DNA from: Mycobacteriales bacterium
Lineage (GTDB): Bacteria; Actinomycetota; Actinomycetes; JAFAQI01
Direction of reading: 5' to 3'
Length of the DNA stretch: 64,000 nucleotides
Assembly: GCA_036268405.1 (NCBI GenBank)
Contig: DATAUF010000130.1
Location: 5,884-69,883 of the forward strand
Made by a program: the position numbers and the translations under genes. Below, one piece after another: positions 1 through 10,777 of the stretch (position 1 is the stretch's first letter; each line of letters begins with the position of its first letter). Under the pieces are notes generated by a model. That model was not told the DNA's origin. It saw only the letters and a list, made by a program, of their open reading frames with translations, and did not search any database.

Positions 1-143
1 TGCTTGTGCACCTTCATGTGCTCGGTGAGGTCAGCGATGCGCCGCGACAGCAGCGCGACCTGTACCTCGGGAGATCCGGTGTCACCGTCGCCGGTGGCGT
101 ATTCGGTCATGATCTGTTGCTTGACGGCGGCGTCGAGCGGCAC
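1..143 (-). CDS. rpsO: 30S ribosomal protein S15, N-terminal part (gene runs off the left edge)
   Basis: Manual minus-strand translation from GTG at 143 gives [47 protein letters not shown], a canonical S15 N-terminus. AGGAG lies about 8 nt upstream. Absent from the ORF track because it is truncated. Confidence 0.85.
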   Translation of the reverse strand, partial: MPLDAAVKQQIMTEYATGDGDTGSPEVQVALLSRRIADLTEHMKVHK

Positions 144-227
144 TTGGGAATCTCCTGTTTGATCAGCCCGCAGGGTTACACCTCAGGGGCAGACTCGTCT
201 GACCCGTCGAGTGTAGCCGAACGGGGG

Positions 228-1124
228 CTAACCGAGCGTGTCGCGCGTTACCGCGACATCGCGACCCATCTGGTCGATCAGCTCCTCGATGTCCGCGAAG
301 CGCTCCATGCCGCGCAACCGGCTGGCGAACTCCACCACCACATGCTCGTCATAGAGCTCGAGATCGTGGCCGACGTCGATCGCGTACGCCTCGACCCGCC
401 GCTCCACCCCGTCGAACGTCGGGTTCGTGCCGACGCTGATTGCAGCCTTGATCCTCGTGCCGTCGGCGCGGGTCAGCCACCCGGCGTAGACCCCGTCCTG
501 GGGCACCGCGATGCCCTCGTCGACCGCAACGTTGGCGGTAGGAAAGCCGAGCGCGCGACCGCGGGCGTCGCCGCGCACGACCGGACCTTCGACGAGGTGC
601 AGCCGGCCGAGCGCACCCGCAGCGCCGCGGACGTCGCCGTGGACGACGAAGTCGCGGACCATGGTGGAAGAGACCGGGCTGGGGTCGCTCAGCAGCGGCA
701 CGTCATCGACGGCGAGGTCGTGCTTGCGCAGGAGGGCCACGTCACCCGAGGCGCGGTGGCCGAACCGGAAGTTTTGCCCGACCACGATCTGGACTGCCGA
801 TAGCTGCCCCACCAGTACCTGGTCGATGAACTCGTCGGCGGTCTGCCTTGCCAGCTCGCGAGTGAACTCGAGCACCAGCACGTCGTCGGCGCCGTGCTCA
901 TGCAGCAGGTCCAGGCGACGCTTGAGCGTCGTCAGCATCGGCGGCACGTGACCGGGCGCGAGGATCGCGGTCGGGTGTGGATGGAACGTGACCACAACCA
1001 CGCGGGCGTCGCGGTCGCGCGCGGCATCGACGGCATGGCGCAAAACCACCTGGTGTCCGCGATGGACGCCGTCGAAGACCCCGATCGGCACGACGCTGGA
1101 CTTCGCCACGTCAGACAGTCTCAA
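228..1124 (-). CDS. ribF: Bifunctional riboflavin kinase / FAD synthetase
   Basis: ORF 228..1124. Motifs GVFDGVHRGHQ (adenylyltransferase) and LGFPTANV (kinase). Abuts the truB stop. Start is TTG 1124 or GTG 1109. Confidence 0.9.
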   Translation of the reverse strand: MRLSDVAKSSVVPIGVFDGVHRGHQVVLRHAVDAARDRDARVVVVTFHPHPTAILAPGHVPPMLTTLKRRLDLLHEHGADDVLVLEFTRELARQTADEFIDQVLVGQLSAVQIVVGQNFRFGHRASGDVALLRKHDLAVDDVPLLSDPSPVSSTMVRDFVVHGDVRGAAGALGRLHLVEGPVVRGDARGRALGFPTANVAVDEGIAVPQDGVYAGWLTRADGTRIKAAISVGTNPTFDGVERRVEAYAIDVGHDLELYDEHVVVEFASRLRGMERFADIEELIDQMGRDVAVTRDTLG

Positions 1125-1985
1125 TCATGTGAAAACACAGAGTGGCTGCGCCACTCCGTCGCGCTGCTCGACAAGCGCGACCACGCGGCCATCCGGAGCG
1201 AACACCCCGGCCGGCGAGCCCGGGAAATCCAGGAGCAGCCGTTGGCCGTGACCGAGTCGCTGGGCTTCCTCGTCGCTGACGTCGATCCTCGGGAAGACCT
1301 TGCCCACGGCATCAGCAAGCGGGGTGACTTCGAAGCTCGCCTCCAGCTCCTCGAGTGATCGCGCTTCCGTCACGCGGTACGGACCGCTTCTTGTTCTGCG
1401 GAGCGCAGTGAGGTGGCCGCCGACACCGAGGGCGGCACCGAGGTCGCGGGCGAGGGCACGCACATAGGTGCCGGTCGTGCACTCCACGCGGACGTCGAGC
1501 TCGTTGCCGCGGCGGGCGATCAGGTCGAACTTCGTGACGGTGACCGCGCGCGGGTTGAGCTCGACGGCTTCGCCGTCTCGTACCCGCTTGTACGCCCTCA
1601 CCCCGTCCACCTTGATCGCCGACACCGAGCTCGGAACCTGCTCGATCTCACCGGTCATCGCGCTCATCGCTTGCGCGATTCGCGCTTCGGTGATCTTGGC
1701 GGCCTCGCCTTCGGCGTCGGCTCCGACGAACTCGCCTTCGGCGTCGTCCGTGGTGGTCGACCTGCCCATGCGGATCGTCGCTTCGTACTCCTTGTCGTGC
1801 AGCGCGAGGTGACCGAGCAGGCGGGTCGCCCGGTCAACGCCGAGGACGAGGACGCCGGTCGCCATCGGGTCGAGCGTGCCGGCGTGGCCGACCCGGCGGG
1901 TGCCGGCCAGGCGCCGAACCTTGCCGACCACGTCGTGCGAAGTCCAGCCGGCCGGCTTGTCGACGACGACCAGACCATCGGTCAC
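1125..1985 (-). CDS. truB: tRNA pseudouridine(55) synthase
   Basis: VVVDKPAGWTSHDVV and GHAGTLDPMATGVL motifs. GTG start overlaps the rbfA stop (GTGA). Confidence 0.92.
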   Translation of the reverse strand: MTDGLVVVDKPAGWTSHDVVGKVRRLAGTRRVGHAGTLDPMATGVLVLGVDRATRLLGHLALHDKEYEATIRMGRSTTTDDAEGEFVGADAEGEAAKITEARIAQAMSAMTGEIEQVPSSVSAIKVDGVRAYKRVRDGEAVELNPRAVTVTKFDLIARRGNELDVRVECTTGTYVRALARDLGAALGVGGHLTALRRTRSGPYRVTEARSLEELEASFEVTPLADAVGKVFPRIDVSDEEAQRLGHGQRLLLDFPGSPAGVFAPDGRVVALVEQRDGVAQPLCVFT

Positions 1986-2425
1986 TCGGGTTCGGCAGCG
2001 GTGTCGGACGTGGCGTCGCGATAGGGATTCGGGTCGCCCGCCGGCGTCGCGCCGGCGGCGAGACCGTGAACCCGTTCGTCCTCCTCGCGAGCACGGGCGA
2101 GCACCTCTTCGATGTGCTGCGCGTTCTCCGGCACCGCATCGAGGATGAACGACAGCGACGGCGTGTGCTTCAGGCCCGTCGCTCGCCCGATCGCCGTGCG
2201 GATCATGCCCTTCGATGCCTCGAGCGCCGCCGCACTGTCGGCTCGCACGGTCTCATCACCCCAGACCGTCCAGAAGACCGCGACCTCACGCAGGTCCGGT
2301 GTCATCCGGGCGTCGGTGATCGTCACCATGCCGAGGCGCACGTCCTTGACCTGGTGCTCGACCGCCTGAGCGACCACCTCGCGGACCCGCACGCTCATCC
2401 GGCGGACGCGACCGTCATCCGCCAT
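1982..2425 (-). CDS. rbfA: Ribosome-binding factor A
   Basis: 147-aa ORF in the conserved infB-rbfA-truB position. TAATG overlap with the infB stop. Confidence 0.85.
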   Translation of the reverse strand: MADDGRVRRMSVRVREVVAQAVEHQVKDVRLGMVTITDARMTPDLREVAVFWTVWGDETVRADSAAALEASKGMIRTAIGRATGLKHTPSLSFILDAVPENAQHIEEVLARAREEDERVHGLAAGATPAGDPNPYRDATSDTAAEPE

Positions 2426-5097
2426 TAGCTACGTGGCTTCTCGCGCAGCTCGAACGTCTCGATGACGTCGTCGACGTTGATGTCGTTGTAGTTGCCGAGG
2501 CTGATACCGCACTCGAAACCTTCACGCACCTCAGTCGCGTCGTCCTTGAAACGCCGAAGCGTCGAGATCGACAGGTTGTCCGCCACCACAGCGCCGTCCC
2601 TGACGAGGCGGGCCTTGGCGTTTCGGACGATCGTGCCGGACCGGACGATGCAACCCGCGATGTTGCCGGCCTTGCTGGAGCGGAACACCTCGCGGATCTC
2701 CGCCGTACCGAGCTGCACCTCTTCGTACTCGGGCTTGAGCATGCCCTTGAGGGCGTTCTCGACGTCCTCGATGGCGGCGTAGATGACCGAGTAGAAGCGG
2801 ACATCGACCTTCTCGCGCTCCGCGAGCTCGCGCGCCTTGCCCTCCGGACGGACGTTGTAGCCGATGACGACGGCGTCCGACGCGCGAGCGAGGTTGATGT
2901 CGTTCTCGGTGATCGCGCCGACTCCGCGGCCGATGACCCGCAGGCCGACCTCCTCGCCGATGCCGAGATCCACCTTGAGCAACGCGTCCTCGAGGGCCTC
3001 GACCGAACCGGAGACATCTCCCTTGAGGATCAGGTTGAGCTGGTTGATCTCGCCCTGCTGGATCCGCTCGAGGACATCCTCCAACGTCATCCGGCCACGG
3101 CTCTTGGCGAGCTCGGCAAAGCGCTCACGCGCCTGGCGCTGCTCGGCGATCTGCCGCGCCATCCGGTCCTCAGGTACGACGAGGAAGTTGTCGCCGGCAC
3201 CGGGCACGCTGGTGAAGCCGAGCACCTGTACGGGACGCGACGGACCTGCTTCGGTCACCGGGTCGCCGTACTCGTCGAGCATCGCCCGGACTCGGCCGTA
3301 GGCGTCACCGGCGACGATCGAGTCACCGACTCGCAGCGTGCCCCGCTGGATCAGCACCGTGGCCACGGGGCCACGACCCTTGTCGAGGTTCGCCTCGATC
3401 GCGACACCCTCGGCGTCGCGGGTCGGGTTGGCCCGCAGATCCAGCGCCGCGTCGGCGGTCAGCGCGACCGCCTCGAGAAGCGTCTCGAGGCCCTGGCCGG
3501 TCTTCGCGGAGACGTCGATGAACAGCGTCTCGCCGCCGTACTCCTCCGCGACCAGGCCGTACTCGGTCAGCTGCTGGCGCACCTTTGCCGGGTTCGCGTC
3601 TTCCTTGTCCACCTTGTTGACCGCCACCACGATCGGCACATCCGCCGCTTGCGCGTGGTTGAGCGCCTCGATGGTCTGCGGCATGACGCCGTCGTCGGCC
3701 GCGACGACGAGTACGGCGATGTCGGTGACCTGGGCACCACGCGCACGCATGGCGGTGAACGCCTCGTGACCTGGGGTGTCGATGAAGGTCAGCGTCCGCG
3801 GCTTGTCCTCGACGGTCGCGTGGACCTGGTAGGCGCCGATGTGCTGCGTGATGCCACCGTGCTCCTTGGCCGCGACATCCGTCGTCCGGATCGCATCGAG
3901 CAGCTTGGTCTTTCCATGGTCGACGTGACCCATGACAGTGACGACCGGCGCTCGAGCAACCAGGTCCTCCTCGTTCTCGTCACTGTCGAACTCGAGATCG
4001 AAGCGAGACAGGATCTCGGCGTCCTCCTCCTCGGGAGTGACGATCCGGACGTTCCAGCCGAGCTCGGTGCCGAGCAGCTGCAACGTCTCCTCTGGCGCCG
4101 ACTGGGTCGCGGTCACCATCTCACCGAGCTGGGTGAAGACGACCTGGACCAACGAGCCCGGGTTGGCGCCGATCCGGTCGGCGAAGTCCGCCAGGCTGGC
4201 GCCACGGGGAAGGCGAATCTCCTCGCCGTTCCCGTGCGGGACCTGGACGCCACCGATACTCGGCGCCTGCATGTTGTCGAACTCCTGGCGCCGCTGCTTC
4301 TTCGACTTCCGCCCGCGAGTCGGGCGCCCGCCCGGACCGCGACCGAACGCGCCCTGGGTCGGCGCACCACGGCCACGACCGCCGGGACCACCGGGACGAC
4401 CGCCGCCGAAGCCACCGGGACGACCGGGCGCACCAGCACCGGGTCCACCGGCACCGCCGCCGCCACCACCGGGACGCGGACTGAATCCACCGGGACCGCC
4501 GGGACCGCCGCGGCCACCGCCGGGGCCGCCAGTGCCACCAGGACCACTCGGCCGCATCGGACGCGGCGGCATCATGCCCGGGCCGGGGCGCAGGCCGCCG
4601 GGTCGCGGTGGCATGCCGCCAGGCGCTGCCGGACGCTGCGGCGGAGCCGCGGGCCGGTCACGCGTCGTGAACGGGTTGTTGCCCGCCGGACGCACGGTGA
4701 AGGGGTTGTTGCCTGCCGGACGGGGAGCGGCCGGACGAGGCGGCAGTCCGGTGGACGGAGCCGACGGAGCGAGGGGCGTCGCGCTCGCGGCGGCGGGAGC
4801 CTCGACGGCCGGCGCGGGCGGCTCGGGCGCGCTGACGGGCAGCGGCTCGGAGACGACTGGCGCTTCGACCAACGTCGGTGCGTCGGGCGCGGGTGCCGCC
4901 TTCTTTGCGGCCTTCGGTGCCGGCTTCTCAGCCTCGACAACCGGGGGGAACGCCGCAAACACCTTCGCGACGACGGGTGCTTCTACGGTCGATGACGGTG
5001 TCTTGACGTACTCACCGTTGTTGTTCAGCCACTCGATCAGCGCCTTCGACGGCATGCCGACCTGCTTGGCGAGCGCGGATACTCGCTCCTTGGCCAC
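2425..5097 (-). CDS. infB: Translation initiation factor IF-2
   Basis: G-domain motifs [16 protein letters not shown] and NKVD, with a Gly/Pro-rich N-terminal linker. I prefer GTG 5097 ([20 protein letters not shown] about 5 nt upstream) over the track start at 5118. Confidence 0.93.
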   Translation of the reverse strand: MAKERVSALAKQVGMPSKALIEWLNNNGEYVKTPSSTVEAPVVAKVFAAFPPVVEAEKPAPKAAKKAAPAPDAPTLVEAPVVSEPLPVSAPEPPAPAVEAPAAASATPLAPSAPSTGLPPRPAAPRPAGNNPFTVRPAGNNPFTTRDRPAAPPQRPAAPGGMPPRPGGLRPGPGMMPPRPMRPSGPGGTGGPGGGRGGPGGPGGFSPRPGGGGGGAGGPGAGAPGRPGGFGGGRPGGPGGRGRGAPTQGAFGRGPGGRPTRGRKSKKQRRQEFDNMQAPSIGGVQVPHGNGEEIRLPRGASLADFADRIGANPGSLVQVVFTQLGEMVTATQSAPEETLQLLGTELGWNVRIVTPEEEDAEILSRFDLEFDSDENEEDLVARAPVVTVMGHVDHGKTKLLDAIRTTDVAAKEHGGITQHIGAYQVHATVEDKPRTLTFIDTPGHEAFTAMRARGAQVTDIAVLVVAADDGVMPQTIEALNHAQAADVPIVVAVNKVDKEDANPAKVRQQLTEYGLVAEEYGGETLFIDVSAKTGQGLETLLEAVALTADAALDLRANPTRDAEGVAIEANLDKGRGPVATVLIQRGTLRVGDSIVAGDAYGRVRAMLDEYGDPVTEAGPSRPVQVLGFTSVPGAGDNFLVVPEDRMARQIAEQRQARERFAELAKSRGRMTLEDVLERIQQGEINQLNLILKGDVSGSVEALEDALLKVDLGIGEEVGLRVIGRGVGAITENDINLARASDAVVIGYNVRPEGKARELAEREKVDVRFYSVIYAAIEDVENALKGMLKPEYEEVQLGTAEIREVFRSSKAGNIAGCIVRSGTIVRNAKARLVRDGAVVADNLSISTLRRFKDDATEVREGFECGISLGNYNDINVDDVIETFELREKPRS

Positions 5098-5181
5098 AGA
5101 CTCTCCTTCGTGGCCCACGGAGAGTTCCGCAAGCCGTTGTCAGTGCAGGGTGGTTCTCATCGGTGGTTGCTCATCGAGCGC

Positions 5182-5466
5182 TCATCGTTCGTTCCGTCCT
5201 GTTATTTCGTCGAGGTACGTGCCGAGTGCGGTGCCGTCGAGCGGCCCACCGAGCCGTAGAGCCCGAGGGAATGCCCGGCGACGCTCCGCCAACGCCAGGC
5301 AAGTCGGGTCAGGATGCAGGTGAGCCCCGCGACCTGGCAACGTGCCTCGCGGGTCGGGGGTAAGGGTGCCCTCGACCGAAACGACGCGTAACAGTGCTGA
5401 CTTTGCGGCTGTGACCCGGCACCCGACACATGTTCGGACCGGCTCCCGCCTGGAAGCCGTCGTCAA
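5182..5466 (-). CDS. ylxR: YlxR/DUF448 family RNA-binding protein of the nusA-infB operon
   Basis: C-terminal 94 aa of track ORF 5182..5967 (LTTASRREPVRTCVGCR...GRGAHLHP). The rest of that ORF overlaps nusA out of frame. TTG start at 5466 lies just after the nusA stop. Confidence 0.75.
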   Translation of the reverse strand: MTTASRREPVRTCVGCRVTAAKSALLRVVSVEGTLTPDPRGTLPGRGAHLHPDPTCLALAERRRAFPRALRLGGPLDGTALGTYLDEITGRNER

Positions 5467-5468
5467 GT

Positions 5469-6446
5469 CTAGCCCTGATCGTCGGGACGGATGTCGATCC
5501 GCCAGCCGGTCAGCCGGTTGGCCAGGCGGGCGTTCTGCCCCTCCTTGCCGATCGCGAGCGACAGCTGGAAGTCCGGAACGATCACCCGCGCCGCTTTCAT
5601 AGCGGCATCGACGACGGTCACGCTGATCACCTGCGCCGGCGAAAGCGCGTTTCCGACGAACCTCGCTGGGTCCTCTGCCCAGTCGATGATGTCGATCTTC
5701 TCCCCGTGCAGCTCGGTCACGACCGCGCGCACCCGGGCACCCATCGGACCGATGCACGCCCCGCGCGCCCGGACCGACGCCGAGTTGGAACGCACCGCCA
5801 CCTTGGTCCGGTGCCCTGCCTCGCGGGCGATCGCGGCGATCTCCACGGTCCCGTCGGCGATCTCCGGCACCTCCATCGCGAACAGCTTTCGCACCAGGTT
5901 GGGATGTGAGCGCGACAGCGTCACCTGTGCGCCGCGAAGGCCGCGGTTGACGCTGATCACAAGGCACCGCAGGCGCTCGCCGTGGACGTAACGCTCGCCG
6001 GGCACCTGCTCCCCGGGCGGGAGGACGCCCTCGAGATCACCGAGATCCACCAGGACCGGCCCGTCGGCGCGCATTCCCGCGTGCTGCTGGATCACGCCAC
6101 TGACCAGGTCGCCTTCCTTGCCGACGTACTCGCCGTAGGTCGTCTCCTGGGCGTGGTCGCGCAGCCGCGACATGATCACGTGCTTCGCGGTCATCGCCGC
6201 GATCCGGCCGAAGTCGCCAGGGGTGTCCTCGTACTCCCGGACCACCTCTCCGGTCTCGTCGACCTCCTGCGCCCAGACCGTCACCTCGCCTGACTTGCGG
6301 TCGAGCGAGACCCGCGCGTGCGGCTGGGCTCCCTCGGTTCGCTCGTACGCCGCGAGCATCGCGGACTCGAGTGCCTCCACGACCGTGTCGAGCGAGACGT
6401 CCTTCTCCCGGACCAGGCTCTTGAGCGCTGCGATGTCGATGTTCAC
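5469..6446 (-). CDS. nusA: Transcription termination/antitermination factor NusA
   Basis: 325-aa ORF with S1/KH architecture in the rimP-nusA-ylxR-infB order. GTGA overlap with the rimP stop. Confidence 0.93.
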   Translation of the reverse strand: MNIDIAALKSLVREKDVSLDTVVEALESAMLAAYERTEGAQPHARVSLDRKSGEVTVWAQEVDETGEVVREYEDTPGDFGRIAAMTAKHVIMSRLRDHAQETTYGEYVGKEGDLVSGVIQQHAGMRADGPVLVDLGDLEGVLPPGEQVPGERYVHGERLRCLVISVNRGLRGAQVTLSRSHPNLVRKLFAMEVPEIADGTVEIAAIAREAGHRTKVAVRSNSASVRARGACIGPMGARVRAVVTELHGEKIDIIDWAEDPARFVGNALSPAQVISVTVVDAAMKAARVIVPDFQLSLAIGKEGQNARLANRLTGWRIDIRPDDQG

Positions 6447-6898
6447 GACGGGTTTTCGCCCCGGCTGAACTCGACCTCGACCTTGCCGGGACCGAGGTCG
6501 GTGAAGGCGACGAACATCTCCTTGCCGGCGACCTCGACGGCTATGCCGTCATCGGCGACCCTCTTGACTCGTCCTGTGAACCCGTCGGTTTTCACGAGAC
6601 GTCCTACGTTGCGGCGCCAGTGGCGCGGCTCGGTCAGCGGGCGGTCGACCCCTGGGGAGGTCACCTCGAGGACGTACGCCGAATCGCCGAAGGCATCGGA
6701 GGCGTCGAGCGCATCGGACACCGCGCGGGAGACATCGGCGACCGCGTCGAGGTCGACGCCGCCATCGCGGTCGACGATCACGCGAAGCACGCTCCTTCGG
6801 CCGGCCGTGCTCAGCTCGACGTCCTCGAGGTCGTAGCCAACCGCCGTCACAACGGGATCCAACAACGCGCGCAGCTGCGCCGGGGTGGTCCTCGCCAT
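6443..6898 (-). CDS. rimP: Ribosome maturation factor RimP
   Basis: Internal ATG 6898 gives [29 protein letters not shown]..., a typical RimP N-terminus. The upstream 86 codons of the track ORF look non-coding. Confidence 0.85.
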   Translation of the reverse strand: MARTTPAQLRALLDPVVTAVGYDLEDVELSTAGRRSVLRVIVDRDGGVDLDAVADVSRAVSDALDASDAFGDSAYVLEVTSPGVDRPLTEPRHWRRNVGRLVKTDGFTGRVKRVADDGIAVEVAGKEMFVAFTDLGPGKVEVEFSRGENPS

Positions 6899-6943
6899 GC
6901 GCCGAAGGCTAGTGCGACTACTCGGAATGACACACTCGATGCG

Positions 6944-7342
6944 GTGCGAGGCGCCGTGACGATTACCCGGCGGTCGTTGCTCGCGGGATGCCTCCTCACT
7001 CTTGCGGGATGCCGGCAGAAGGCTCCTCGCCCCAAGACCCGGGTGGTCTCGCTGGACGCGGCCGCACTCGCTGAGGCTCAAGCGACGGAAGCCGCATTGA
7101 TCGCGGCATGTGAGGCGGCTGGACAGGTCGACGAAGTTGGCATTCACACCCTGCACCTCGCCGCACTTGGAGGTTCGCTGCCGACGCCATCTGCAACCAG
7201 TGCGCCGTCACGCTCGATCAAACCGTTGCTTCGCAGCAGCGCGGTCGCACTCCGCCGAGCGGCAGTCGCCGCGGTCGAAGGAACGCATGCCGCAGTGTTC
7301 GCGAGCATCGCCGCCTCGCACGAGGTGTCTGGTCGTGACTGA
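6944..7342 (+). CDS. Hypothetical Tat-signal lipoprotein (Rv2843-like position)
   Basis: Tail of track ORF 6620..7342. [18 protein letters not shown] combines a twin-arginine motif with a lipobox Cys. GTG 6944 or GTG 6956 are possible starts. Divergent from rimP. Confidence 0.6.
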   Translation: MRGAVTITRRSLLAGCLLTLAGCRQKAPRPKTRVVSLDAAALAEAQATEAALIAACEAAGQVDEVGIHTLHLAALGGSLPTPSATSAPSRSIKPLLRSSAVALRRAAVAAVEGTHAAVFASIAASHEVSGRD

Positions 7343-7766
7343 TCTTGTCGCGCTTCGCGAGGCACTGGCCGCGGAGCAGGCCATCGTCTACGGGTACGGC
7401 GTCGTCGGCGCGCACCTTTCCGGAAAATATGAGCAGCTTGCCGCAGCTCGGCTCGTGATCCATCAGAACCGGCGAGACCAGATCGCATCATTGATCACCG
7501 GACTGGGTGCGGTGCCACCTCCCTCGCAGCCCGCCTACAAGCTCCCGTACCCCGTGACCGGCGCCGTCACGGCGAAGCGGCTTGCCGCCCAGCTCGAGGT
7601 CGGCGCCGCCGGCGCAGCGTGGGACCTCGCGGCTGCAACCGAATCGCAGTCATCAGCCCGCGACATCGCCGTGGACTGGCTCACCGACGCGGCAATCGCA
7701 ACGAGCGGCTGGGATCTTGAGATCCCGTCGCTGCCGGGAAGACCGGGCGCTACTGCAGCTGGCTGA
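7335..7766 (+). CDS. Probable ferritin-like DUF4439-type protein (Rv2844-like position)
   Basis: [28 protein letters not shown]... from GTG 7335. Overlaps the upstream stop (GTGACTGA). The family call is from memory of this conserved actinobacterial pair. Confidence 0.55.
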   Translation: MTDLVALREALAAEQAIVYGYGVVGAHLSGKYEQLAAARLVIHQNRRDQIASLITGLGAVPPPSQPAYKLPYPVTGAVTAKRLAAQLEVGAAGAAWDLAAATESQSSARDIAVDWLTDAAIATSGWDLEIPSLPGRPGATAAG

Positions 7767-9483
7767 GTTCGGCAGCTGCATCGGCGAGCGCGACTGTGCG
7801 ACGCTCTCCGGTCCTGCGGTCCTTGACCTCGACGTTGCCGTCGACCAGCGCCTTGCCGACGACGACGATCACCGGCATCCCGAGCAGGTCGGCGTCCGCG
7901 AACTTCGCACCGGCCGAGCCGTCGCGGTCATCGAGCAGGACCCGGCGTCCTGCCGCCTCGAGCTGCTCGGCGAGGGCCACTGCCGCCTCGAGCTGCTCGG
8001 TGCCCTTGCCGACCGGCACGACGTGGATGTCATAGGGCGCGATCGATGCCGGCCAGCACAGGCCGGCGTCGTCGAGAGTCTGCTCAGCGACCGCCGCCAC
8101 CGCACGGCTGACACCGATGCCGTACGAGCCCATCGTGATCCGGATCGGCTCGCCCTCAGGACCCTGCGCGTCGAGCGAGAAGGCGTCGGCGTACTTGCGG
8201 CCGAGCTGGAAGACGTGGCCGATCTCGATGCCACGTGCGATCGACAGCTCGCCGCCGCAGCGGCCACACCGGTCGCCGTCCCGAATCTCGACCGCGCCGA
8301 TCTCACCGGCCGGCTCGAAGTCGCGGCCGCGAACGACCTGCTTCGCGTGACGATCCTGCTCGTTCGCTCCGGTGACCCACGAGCTACCAGGGACGACGGT
8401 CGGATCGACCAGGTAGCGGACGCCCCACTCGGCGAGTCGCTGCGGACCGATGTAACCGGGAACCAGCTCGGGCCGGGTCTTGATCAGCTCGGCGTCTGCG
8501 ACCTCGACCTCGACCGGCTCGAGCTGCCCGCCAAGCCGCTTCATGTCCACCTCGCGGTCGCCGGGGATGCCGACGATCAACAGCTGCCACTCCTCCCCGG
8601 GTGCTCTCGTCTTGAGCACGACGTTCTTCAACGTGTCGGCCGCGCCCGCGGCTGCGCCGCTGCGCTTCAGCAGCTCGACCAGGCTGTCGATCGTCGGCGT
8701 GTTCGGGGTGTCGATGACCTCGCTCGACGGGTGGTCCTTCGGGTCGTGAGGCTCCGGCGTGCGGATCTCGACGGCTTCGGTGTTTGCGGTGTAGTCGCAG
8801 TTCGCGCACTGCACGAACGTGTCCTCGCCGAACTCGGCCGGCGCGAGGAACTCCTCGCTCGCGGATCCGCCCATTGCGCCGGAAACCGCGAACGCGATGC
8901 GGTAGTCGAGGCCGAGGCGAGCGAAGATGCGCTGGTAGGCGCCGCGATGCGCGTCGTACGACGCCTGCAGGCCCGCGTCGTCGAGATCGAAGGAGTAGGA
9001 GTCCTTCATCACGAACTCGCGACCGCGCAGCAGACCGGCGCGCGGCCGGGCCTCGTCGCGGTACTTCGTCTGGATCTGGAACAGCGAAACCGGGTAGTCG
9101 CGGTAGGACGACAGCTCGCTCTTCACGAGCAGCGTGAACATCTCCTCGTGAGTCGGACCGAGCAGGTGATCGGCGCCCTTGCGGTCCGTGAGCCGGAAGA
9201 GGTTGTCGCCGTAGGCAGTCCAGCGACCACTCGACTCGTAGATCTCGCGCGGGAGAAGCGCGGGGAACTGGACCTCCTGAGCCCCGATCCCCTCCATCTC
9301 CTCGCGGACGACGGCAGCGACGTTGTCGAGCATCCGCTTGCCGAGGGGCAGCCAGGTGTAGACGCCAGGCGAGACGCGTCGGATGTAACCGGCGCGCACC
9401 AGAAGCCGGTGGCTCGGCAGCTCGGCATCAGCCGGGTCGTCGCGCAGCGTACGAAGGAACAGCTGCGACATCCGGGTAGGCAT
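7750..9483 (-). CDS. proS: Proline--tRNA ligase
   Basis: ATG 9483 gives [37 protein letters not shown], a canonical bacterial ProS N-terminus. The track ORF is extended by 119 spurious codons. Confidence 0.93.
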   Translation of the reverse strand: MPTRMSQLFLRTLRDDPADAELPSHRLLVRAGYIRRVSPGVYTWLPLGKRMLDNVAAVVREEMEGIGAQEVQFPALLPREIYESSGRWTAYGDNLFRLTDRKGADHLLGPTHEEMFTLLVKSELSSYRDYPVSLFQIQTKYRDEARPRAGLLRGREFVMKDSYSFDLDDAGLQASYDAHRGAYQRIFARLGLDYRIAFAVSGAMGGSASEEFLAPAEFGEDTFVQCANCDYTANTEAVEIRTPEPHDPKDHPSSEVIDTPNTPTIDSLVELLKRSGAAAGAADTLKNVVLKTRAPGEEWQLLIVGIPGDREVDMKRLGGQLEPVEVEVADAELIKTRPELVPGYIGPQRLAEWGVRYLVDPTVVPGSSWVTGANEQDRHAKQVVRGRDFEPAGEIGAVEIRDGDRCGRCGGELSIARGIEIGHVFQLGRKYADAFSLDAQGPEGEPIRITMGSYGIGVSRAVAAVAEQTLDDAGLCWPASIAPYDIHVVPVGKGTEQLEAAVALAEQLEAAGRRVLLDDRDGSAGAKFADADLLGMPVIVVVGKALVDGNVEVKDRRTGERRTVALADAAAELSQLQ

Positions 9484-9493
9484 GCGGACGAGA

Positions 9494-10777
9494 CTAAACG
9501 GGTGCTTGCGGCGCCTCTCGATATTTGAGGCAGGCCACCTGGACCTGGCCGAGATCGTAGAGGGGCGGATCGATCGCATCGTCACGGAAGTCGACCGCAA
9601 CGTCATTGGCCTCTGTGCGGATCTCGCGGACCCCGGTCCAAAGCGGTTCGGAAGGGGTCTCGGCGCGGATCGCATCCAGAAGTGCTGCGACGTCCTTGCC
9701 ACTCCCTCGCTCGCCTGCGGCGAGCACCGCTTCGGTTGCTGGCCGCTCCAGTGCCTCGAGCGATCCCACAACGGGCCGCTCGATCTCGTAGTCGGCTCCG
9801 GCGCGCACCCAATGCCGCTCGAGCAGGTCGGCGAGGTCACGGCTCTCCCAGCCGCACTGGTCGAACGCCACCGGACACCGCGGATGGAAGGAGCAGCCCA
9901 GCGGCGGGCTGGCGGCGTCGGGAACCTCGCCCCGCGGCAGGTCCTTTGCGAGTCTCCGCGATGGGTCGGGCTCGGGAATCGCCCGCAGCAGCGCCTGCGT
10001 ATAGGGGTGGCGGGGATCGGCGTAGATCCGCTCCGCCGGCCCGTACTCCACCACCCGGCCGAGATACATGATCGCGATGCTGTCGCAGAAGAACTTGGCG
10101 GTCGCGAGGTCGTGCGTGACGTACATGTAGGTCAGCCCGAGATCGCGTTTGAGATCGAGCATCAGCTCGAGGATCCGGGCCCTGACACTCATGTCGAGCA
10201 TCGAGACCGGCTCGTCTGCCACGAGCAGGTCGGGCCCGCAGATGATTGCCCGCGCGATCACCGCCCGCTGCTTCTGACCGCCGGACAGGTCGCCGGGATA
10301 TTTGTCCATGTAGCGCTCGGCCGGCGTGAGACCGACCCGCTCCAAGGCTTCCGCGACAAGCTCCTTTCGGTGCGCGGCGTCTGTCGCAATGCCGTGGATC
10401 TGCAACGGATGGCCCACCGCCTGGCCGATCGTCATCGCCGGGTTGAGCGAGGCGTTGGGATCCTGGAACACCATCTGCATCCGTCGCCGCAGCGGCCGGA
10501 GCCCGGACTCACGCAGATCGGTGATGTCGGCGCCGTTGTAGCGGACCTTCCCCGACGTGACCGCAACCGTCCGCAATGCCGCGCGACCCAATGTCGTCTT
10601 GCCGCTCCCGGACTCGCCGACGACCCCGAGCACCTCGCCGCGGCGCAGCGAAAGGCTGACGCCGTCGACGGCCTTCACCGATCCCACATCACGACCGGCC
10701 ATGCGCTGCAGGAAGCTGCCGCGCAGCCCGAAGTGGACGCGCACGTCGTCCAGCTCGAGCAGCGGCTCCTCAGACAT
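9494..10777 (-). CDS. Peptide/nickel (Opp/Dpp-type) ABC transporter ATP-binding protein with about 100-aa C-terminal extension
   Basis: Walker A GESGSGKT, signature [12 protein letters not shown] and Cys-rich oligo_HPY tail ([14 protein letters not shown]), followed by an extra C-terminal segment. Confidence 0.88.
   Translation of the reverse strand: MSEEPLLELDDVRVHFGLRGSFLQRMAGRDVGSVKAVDGVSLSLRRGEVLGVVGESGSGKTTLGRAALRTVAVTSGKVRYNGADITDLRESGLRPLRRRMQMVFQDPNASLNPAMTIGQAVGHPLQIHGIATDAAHRKELVAEALERVGLTPAERYMDKYPGDLSGGQKQRAVIARAIICGPDLLVADEPVSMLDMSVRARILELMLDLKRDLGLTYMYVTHDLATAKFFCDSIAIMYLGRVVEYGPAERIYADPRHPYTQALLRAIPEPDPSRRLAKDLPRGEVPDAASPPLGCSFHPRCPVAFDQCGWESRDLADLLERHWVRAGADYEIERPVVGSLEALERPATEAVLAAGERGSGKDVAALLDAIRAETPSEPLWTGVREIRTEANDVAVDFRDDAIDPPLYDLGQVQVACLKYREAPQAPV

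Noticed and set aside
4260-4760. Highly repetitive GGN/CCN-rich DNA considered as a non-coding repeat element.
   Set aside because: It is in frame within infB and encodes the Gly/Pro/Arg-rich linker characteristic of actinobacterial IF-2.
3649-5323. Two very long plus-strand ORFs (3649..4995, 448 aa; 3932..5323, 463 aa) opposite infB.
   Set aside because: They lie antisense to a certain IF-2 gene. The translations are Arg/Gly/Pro/Ala low-complexity strings with no motifs. This is typical shadow-ORF behaviour in high-GC DNA, and the Gly/Pro codon repeats of infB read as Pro/Gly/Arg on the other strand.
5182-5967. 261-aa version of the ylxR ORF.
   Set aside because: Its first roughly 165 codons overlap the nusA 3' half in another frame and are Arg/Gly/Asp-rich. 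Only the last 94 aa carry the DUF448 signature. A TTG directly after the nusA stop gives the normal-size protein.
7582-9528. 648-aa plus-strand ORF opposite proS. Similar long antisense ORFs occur at 9482..10873, 17452..19368, 21680..22780, 25143..26297, 30422..31810, 31946..33457, 44983..46266, 49698..51191 and 55836..57848.
   Set aside because: Each fully overlaps a confidently identified gene on the other strand. None has recognisable domains, and all have the Arg/Asp/Gly/His-rich composition expected of antisense frames. None has its own intergenic start context.
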